A DNA stretch of 64,000 bases. Source: Gammaproteobacteria bacterium (lineage in GTDB: Bacteria > Pseudomonadota > Gammaproteobacteria > Pseudomonadales > PIVM01). Location: contig PIVM01000003.1 in assembly GCA_003353945.1 (NCBI GenBank), positions 40,833 to 104,832 on the forward strand. Reading direction: 5' to 3'. Made by a program: the position numbers and the translations under genes. Positions 60,882-64,000 of this stretch are shown here, in pieces; positions within the stretch are counted from its first letter, which is position 1, and every line of letters starts with the position of its first letter. The notes below the pieces were generated by a model. It was not told where the DNA came from and made no database searches. It saw only the letters and a list, made by a program, of their open reading frames with translations.

Positions 60882-61193
60882 ATGCCCTTGAATAAAAAAC
60901 TGCTAATTCTACTACTTGCACTAACGCCAGCGTTAGCTTTGGCCGCAAAACCTGTAAAAATCACACCCGGACCGAAAAAAGTTGACGAAGCAACCGGTGA
61001 AACCTTCCGTCAATACATCGTCTCTTGCAGCAATGGCATAAAAGTGCCGATTGAGTCCTGGACCACGCGTAAAAAATGGTGTCTGGAAAATGGCATATCT
61101 ATGGACGACTGCTGGAAAAAACAAATCAAGGCCGCAAAAAAAGCCTGTAAAGGCGGCAAGCCAAAAAACGTGCCGGAAAAGCCACCCGCTTAA
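60882..61193 (+). CDS. Hypothetical secreted small Cys/Lys-rich protein
   Basis: 103 aa. Clear signal peptide MPLNKKLLILLLALTPALALAAKP, four Cys residues and a K-rich tail. AAGGAG lies upstream. Confidence 0.6.
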   Translation: MPLNKKLLILLLALTPALALAAKPVKITPGPKKVDEATGETFRQYIVSCSNGIKVPIESWTTRKKWCLENGISMDDCWKKQIKAAKKACKGGKPKNVPEKPPA

Positions 61194-61237
61194 TACCTAG
61201 CTACTGTACATAATATTGGGGAGGCAAAATGTCTCCC

Positions 61238-63064
61238 TCATCCAGCAAATTCATTTGCTGCGCAGTCTTCGATAACCCGGATAAAACTGTCGGCATAACG
61301 TTTTAATTTATTTTCACCAACTCCGTTAATCATTAGAAATTCGCGATGCGTACGGGGGCGAAATCGTACCAGCTCACGAAGCGTTGCATCGTGAAAAACA
61401 ACATAAGGTGGCACACCTTGCTCTTGAGCTAAGCGCTGTCGGCAATCTTTCAACGCTTCCCATAAGGCACGATCAACTGGATCAAGAATCGGTTTTTTAT
61501 GTGTTTTCTCTTTCTCATGTTTGGGGCGAGTATCCTTACGCAATTGCAGTTTTGTTTCGCCGCGCAATACAGAACGGCACTCTGGCGTTAGCTGCAATGC
61601 CCCGTAGGCATCCATATTCACATGCAGCAAGCCTCTGGCCAACAGTTGACGAATCACCGAACGCCACTGAACCGCGCTTAATTCCTGTCCTATGCCATAG
61701 GTGCTCAGGTTTTGATGCTGAAAACGCAGGATTTTTTCCGTTTCGTTTCCTAGCAACACATCAATCACATGATTAACACCAAACCTCTGATCCGTGCGAT
61801 ACACCGTTGACAGTATTTTTTGTGCAACTTCGGTTGCATCCCAGGTTTTGGGTGGCATCAAGCAAATATCACAATTGCCGCAGGGTTCGGCATGCGTTTC
61901 ACCAAAATATCGCAATAATACCTGTCGACGACAACTGGTCACTTCACACAAACCCAGCAAGGCATCAAGCTTGATCTGTTCTACACGTTTAAACTGTTCC
62001 TCTGCCTGCGACGCGGCCTGCATCTGCTTCAAGCGCACCACATCCTGCAGACCATAAACCATCCAGGCATCCGCCGGTAGGCTGTCACGTCCGGCCCGAC
62101 CCGTCTCCTGGTAATAAGCTTCAATACTTTTTGGCAAATCCAGGTGAGCAACAAAGCGCACATCCGGTTTATCTATTCCCATACCAAATGCAATAGTCGC
62201 TACGATAATGATACCGTCTTCGCGCAGAAAACGATTTTGATTCTGCTCCCGTAATTTAGTTGGCAACCCCGCATGATAGGGCAATGCAGTAAAGCCCTGG
62301 TCACATAACCAATGGGCCAGGCCTTCGACTTTTTTGCGCGACATACAATAGACAATACCGGCATCGTTCTGATGCGTAGCAAGAAATTTCAATAATTGCT
62401 GCTTAGCGTTTTTCTTTTCAGCAATCGCATAATGAATATTGGGTCGATCAAAACCACTGATAAAAACGCCTGCATGACCGAGATTCAAGCGCTGAATAAT
62501 TTCCTGTTGCGTGCGCCCATCAGCAGTGGCGGTAAGCGCAATACGTGGTACTGCAGGAAACTGCTCATGAAGCACACTGAGCCCTAAATAGTCCTTACGA
62601 AAATCATGACCCCATTGGGAGACACAATGCGCTTCATCAATTGCAAACAATGCTATATCGACCTCAGTGAGCAGCTGCCGTGTCCTTGGTTGCAGCAAAC
62701 GTTCGGGAGCGACATACAATAGATCCATGTTGCCAGCTCTTAACGCTTGCTCTATCTCCTGTTGTTGATATGGATTGAGCGTAGAATTTAGAAATGCTGC
62801 ACGAATACCCAGTTGATGCAGTGCAGTCACCTGATCCTGCATCAAGGCAATCAATGGTGAAACAACAATACCGACTCCCTGACGTAGCAAAGAAGGAAGC
62901 TGGTAACAAAGAGACTTACCACCACCCGTAGGCATTAACACTAAGGCATCGCCACCTTGCAACAGACAATCAATAATTGCCTGCTGCTCCCCTCGAAATT
63001 GATCGTAACCAAAGGTTTGCTTAAGAACAGTACGTGCAGATGTTGTAGTTGTTGTTGTAGTCAT
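61238..63064 (-). CDS. recQ: ATP-dependent DNA helicase RecQ
   Basis: 608 aa. Motifs [14 protein letters not shown] and [14 protein letters not shown], a zinc-binding CxxC region (CGNCDIC), and RQC plus HRDC domains. Confidence 0.95.
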   Translation of the reverse strand: MTTTTTTTSARTVLKQTFGYDQFRGEQQAIIDCLLQGGDALVLMPTGGGKSLCYQLPSLLRQGVGIVVSPLIALMQDQVTALHQLGIRAAFLNSTLNPYQQQEIEQALRAGNMDLLYVAPERLLQPRTRQLLTEVDIALFAIDEAHCVSQWGHDFRKDYLGLSVLHEQFPAVPRIALTATADGRTQQEIIQRLNLGHAGVFISGFDRPNIHYAIAEKKNAKQQLLKFLATHQNDAGIVYCMSRKKVEGLAHWLCDQGFTALPYHAGLPTKLREQNQNRFLREDGIIIVATIAFGMGIDKPDVRFVAHLDLPKSIEAYYQETGRAGRDSLPADAWMVYGLQDVVRLKQMQAASQAEEQFKRVEQIKLDALLGLCEVTSCRRQVLLRYFGETHAEPCGNCDICLMPPKTWDATEVAQKILSTVYRTDQRFGVNHVIDVLLGNETEKILRFQHQNLSTYGIGQELSAVQWRSVIRQLLARGLLHVNMDAYGALQLTPECRSVLRGETKLQLRKDTRPKHEKEKTHKKPILDPVDRALWEALKDCRQRLAQEQGVPPYVVFHDATLRELVRFRPRTHREFLMINGVGENKLKRYADSFIRVIEDCAANEFAG

Positions 63065-63088
63065 ATGGCGATTATAACCCAGGAGTCA

Positions 63089-63397
63089 CTAATGCAGACG
63101 ATGGGTTTGCAATTGCACCGCCTCGACCTGGGAACCTAAGGTAACCACCCGCCCCTGATAACGCTCATCTCCTGTGGAAGTAAATTCAAACAGATAAGTA
63201 CGCCACACTCGAAACTGCCCCCGTGCATCGCGTTTTAGCCAAAAACGACTCACAGCCACAGTGTCATCCAGCAATTGCACCTCCATCTGCTGGCAATGAC
63301 GCTTGGCGGCCAAATGAGCAATTTCCTGTACACCCTGGGCACTCCAAATATGCCAGCCAATGGCCACAAGACATAATAATATGGTTAGCTCAAACAT
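63089..63397 (-). CDS. DUF3301-family small membrane-anchored protein
   Basis: Likely start MFELTILLCLVAIGWHIW at ATG 63397 (track start is 63514). Also carries QLLDDTVAV...WRTYLFEFTSTGDERYQGRVVTLG. Confidence 0.6.
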   Translation of the reverse strand: MFELTILLCLVAIGWHIWSAQGVQEIAHLAAKRHCQQMEVQLLDDTVAVSRFWLKRDARGQFRVWRTYLFEFTSTGDERYQGRVVTLGSQVEAVQLQTHRLH

Positions 63398-63497
63398 AAT
63401 CAGCACACTTCGACAAGGTAGTAAACGGCAAGACAATGATTGCAGACTTGTCATAGCGCTGGCAAATGCTAACTGATAAACTGGCAAAAACGTTAAT

Positions 63498-63878
63498 TTG
63501 GGAATGGCCAACATGATTACCTATTTCTATTGGTTTCTGGTTTTGGGCCTTGCTGCCGCAGCCATCTTTTTTCTTGGTATGAAAGCAGGCAAATGGCCAA
63601 CAGCCATCAGCATCGCGGCTATTGTGCTCCTTGTCGGTTGGGCCTATTACTTTTTCTACCTGCAACAAATTTTTGTCAAAAGATTTGGCGGGGTCATGCA
63701 TGTCACGGTGCCAGAAGGACAACAACACCTGAGCGCCACCTGGAAAGACGACAACCTGTGGATCGAAAACTACAACCCTGAGAACAATACATGCCAGTTC
63801 ACGGAATACTCCAGGGGCAATATGCTGGAAGGTAAAGTCATTATTAAGAACTGTAATCCACGAGGCATTCGCCGGTAG
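63498..63878 (+). CDS. Hypothetical two-TM membrane protein
   Basis: 126 aa with two strong TM helices (ITYFYWFLVLGLAAAAIFFLGM, AISIAAIVLLVGWAYYFFYL) and a soluble tail. Preferred over the overlapping minus-strand 201-aa ORF. Confidence 0.5.
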   Translation: MGMANMITYFYWFLVLGLAAAAIFFLGMKAGKWPTAISIAAIVLLVGWAYYFFYLQQIFVKRFGGVMHVTVPEGQQHLSATWKDDNLWIENYNPENNTCQFTEYSRGNMLEGKVIIKNCNPRGIRR

Positions 63879-64000
63879 TTTACTGGTAGTCTTGGGAAGA
63901 GGATAAACGCCTGGATGCAAACACCGCCTGGGACTATATGTCCCGTGAGCACGATCCGTATCGTCGTAAACCAAGCTCAAATTCTCCTGTATCACACACA

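Noticed and set aside
63038-63064. RecQ N-terminus MTTTTTTTS, encoded by an ACA/ACT run, considered as a slip-strand contingency locus.
   Set aside because: The repeat is imperfect (ACT ACA ACA ACA ACT ACA ACA), and changes in units of 3 nt would stay in frame. Phase variation is unlikely.
63390-63995. 201-aa minus-strand ORF.
   Set aside because: It overlaps both the DUF3301 gene and the better-supported plus-strand two-TM ORF, and its sequence looks non-protein-like.
63938-64000. Possible start of another plus-strand gene (MSREHDPYRRKPSSNSPVSHT...).
   Set aside because: Only 21 codons are visible before the window end, which is not enough evidence.

Overview
The window looks like a chromosomal segment of a gammaproteobacterium. 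All homology calls are from reading the translations by eye; no searches were run.

Layout:
- 1-18.2 kb follows the Pseudomonas order: chpA-pilKJIHG / gshB-tonB-yqgE-ruvX / pilU-pilT / yggS-proC-yggT-yggU-metX-metW-rdgB-hemW.
- 18.7-21.7 kb is a visibly AT-rich, partly decayed islet. It holds a NYN/OST-HTH RNase-like protein, a single half-size UPF0016 gene, a truncated outer-membrane barrel and about 500 bp of non-coding DNA. It abuts tRNA-Leu(GAG) downstream of secG.
- 21.8-44.9 kb is core housekeeping: secG-tpiA-glmM-folP-ftsH-rlmE, yhbY, greA-carB-carA, dapB, dnaJ-dnaK-grpE-hrcA, recN, fur, bamE, rnfH-ratA, smpB.
- 45-64 kb is more accessory: an LLM oxidoreductase, csp, an ICL/PEP-mutase family enzyme, a cNMP-binding/inactive-rhodanese protein, two PilZ paralogs, metY, ybbN, a sulfotransferase, GIY-YIG, three SDRs, recQ and several small membrane or secreted proteins.

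The best candidate for an undescribed system is the tightly coupled minus-strand unit at 54.9-57.9 kb. It combines a GS-fold amidoligase, a C26 gamma-glutamyl-hydrolase-type amidotransferase, a YqaA/DedA membrane protein and an SDR. This is Puu-like ligate/cleave logic built around an uncharacterised ligase family.

Other points worth a second look:
- Three hand-matched sigma-32-type promoters in an hrcA-grpE-dnaK-dnaJ locus. The hrcA one would give a near-leaderless mRNA, and the grpE one a long structured leader.
- A carA leader with a strong terminator that is read through by a 45-codon ORF.
- An antitoxin-less ParE-like gene wedged between dapB and carA.
- A triple direct repeat upstream of the cNMP/rhodanese gene.

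No rRNA, CRISPR array, transposase or integrase was seen.
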